Shown here in pieces: positions 30,862 to 32,000 of a DNA stretch of 32,000 bases (the stretch's first letter is position 1; every line of letters starts with the position of its first letter). Made by a program: the position numbers and the translations under genes. Where the stretch lies: positions 2,040,001 to 2,072,000 of the forward strand of contig NC_016803.1 in assembly GCF_000189295.2 (NCBI RefSeq). Reading direction: 5' to 3'. The notes below the pieces were generated by a model. That model was not told the origin of the DNA. It did no database searches and saw only the letters and a list, made by a program, of their open reading frames with translations. The DNA is from Pseudodesulfovibrio mercurii. Its GTDB lineage: Bacteria > Desulfobacterota > Desulfovibrionia > Desulfovibrionales > Desulfovibrionaceae.

Positions 30862-32000
30862 ATGCCGAAAACCCCCGCCACCGCCGTGCGAACATACACC
30901 GTCAGCCTCGGCTGTCCCAAGAACCGCGTGGACACCGAACGGCTGCTCGGAGCCCTGGGTCCGCACATGGTTCCGGCGGACGACGCGGCCGGGGCCGACC
31001 TGGTCCTGATCAACACCTGCGGCTTCATCCAGCCCGCCGTGGAGGAGTCCGTGGCCACCATCCTGGACGTCATCGGCGAGGCCGCCGAGACCTTCGACAG
31101 GACCGGGCGCAGGCCGCTCATCTGCGTGGCCGGGTGCCTGGTCTCGCGCTACGGCGAGGACCTCCGGAGCGAGCTGCCCGAGGTGGACCTGTGGCTGAAC
31201 ACCGAGGAGATCGAGCAGTGGCCCGCCATGGCCGCGCGCGCCCTGGCCCTGCGCCTGACCGGCGACACCCCGCGCAGCCTGTCCACCGGCCCGTCCTACG
31301 CCTACCTCAAGGTCTCGGAGGGGTGCTCGCACAACTGCCGGTTCTGCACCATCCCGTCCATCCGGGGACCGCACCGGAGCTGGCCCGTGGACTTCCTGCT
31401 GAACGAGGCGCGGCTGCTGGCGGGCCAGGTGCCCGAGATCATCGTGGTCGGCCAGGACTCCACGGCCTACGGCTCGGACCTGGGGCCGGGCAACGACCTG
31501 CCGACCCTGCTCAGGGGGCTGGCCGCCATCCCGGACCTCCACTGGCTGCGCATCATGTACCTCTACCCCGCCGGGCTGACCGAGTCCCTGCTCGGCCTGC
31601 TGCGCGACACGGGCGCGCCGTTCCTGCCCTATTTCGACATCCCCCTGCAACACGCCCACCCGGACGTGCTCGCGTCCATGGGCCGCCCGTTCGCCCGCAA
31701 CCCGGAAAAGGTCGTGGAGCGGGTGCGCAGGTTCTTCCCGGAGGCGGCCCTGCGGACCACCTTCATCGTCGGCTATCCCGGCGAGACCGAGGCCCACTTC
31801 CGGACCCTCATGGACTTTGTGCGGGAAACCCGCTTCCACCACCTCGGCGTCTTCCCCTACTGGGCCGAGGAGGGCACCCCGGCGGCGGCCATGGACGGCC
31901 AGGTGCCGGACGAGGTCAAGCTGGACCGCCGCGACCGGCTCATGGCCCTCCAGGCCGAGATCAGCGCCGAGATTCTGGAAGGATACGTGGGCGCGACCCT
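30862..32000 (+). CDS. rimO: Ribosomal protein S12 methylthiotransferase RimO (5' partial, runs off the window)
   Basis: Hand translation from the ATG at 30862, with AAGGAA upstream. The N-terminal UPF0004 cluster is VSLGCPKNRVD...INTCGF. The radical-SAM motif is SEGCSHNCRFCTIP. GYPGETE...GVFPYWAEEGTPAA follows. It is absent from the ORF track because no stop is reached. Confidence 0.9.
   Translation, partial: MPKTPATAVRTYTVSLGCPKNRVDTERLLGALGPHMVPADDAAGADLVLINTCGFIQPAVEESVATILDVIGEAAETFDRTGRRPLICVAGCLVSRYGEDLRSELPEVDLWLNTEEIEQWPAMAARALALRLTGDTPRSLSTGPSYAYLKVSEGCSHNCRFCTIPSIRGPHRSWPVDFLLNEARLLAGQVPEIIVVGQDSTAYGSDLGPGNDLPTLLRGLAAIPDLHWLRIMYLYPAGLTESLLGLLRDTGAPFLPYFDIPLQHAHPDVLASMGRPFARNPEKVVERVRRFFPEAALRTTFIVGYPGETEAHFRTLMDFVRETRFHHLGVFPYWAEEGTPAAAMDGQVPDEVKLDRRDRLMALQAEISAEILEGYVGAT

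Overview
High-GC (roughly 63-70% by spot hand counts) bacterial chromosomal window. Gene content resembles a Desulfovibrio-like sulfate reducer, but that taxon call is inference only. I support about 30 protein-coding genes. Left to right they are: an FmdE-domain/MoCF-binding fusion protein, a TPR protein translationally abutting a PfkB sugar kinase, a solitary flgE with a textbook sigma54 promoter, an OmpH/Skp-like lipoprotein, a standalone Hpt protein, a 432-aa protein resembling a metallo-beta-lactamase fold with its metal ligands replaced, a 3D-domain protein, an operon of two lipoproteins plus a ferredoxin-nitroreductase, a c-di-GMP pair (degenerate GGDEF with intact I-site, then Cache-PAS-GGDEF-EAL), trmJ, a TAXI-type TRAP transporter with two paralogous binding proteins followed by a malic enzyme, thpR, xthA, a DJ-1/PfpI protein, a BaiN/HI0933-like flavoprotein, rdgB, a PAS histidine kinase, and the 5' part of rimO. 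No rRNA, tRNA, CRISPR array, transposase or integrase is visible. The strongest anomaly is a ~0.85 kb low-GC island at 27.7-28.55 kb (about 38% GC by hand count). It carries one well-signalled 200-aa membrane/coiled-coil ORF that I cannot place in any family. Other items worth follow-up: an unlisted 29-aa CydX/AppX-like membrane ORF with its own SD and terminator; two families of composite intergenic repeats, one containing a 24-bp perfect palindrome; a structured 385-bp non-coding region with tandem terminators; and a 1-nt homopolymer frameshift that removes the last strand of the kinase ATPase domain. Many long ORFs in the supplied track are antisense or out-of-frame shadow ORFs typical of GC-rich DNA and were rejected.
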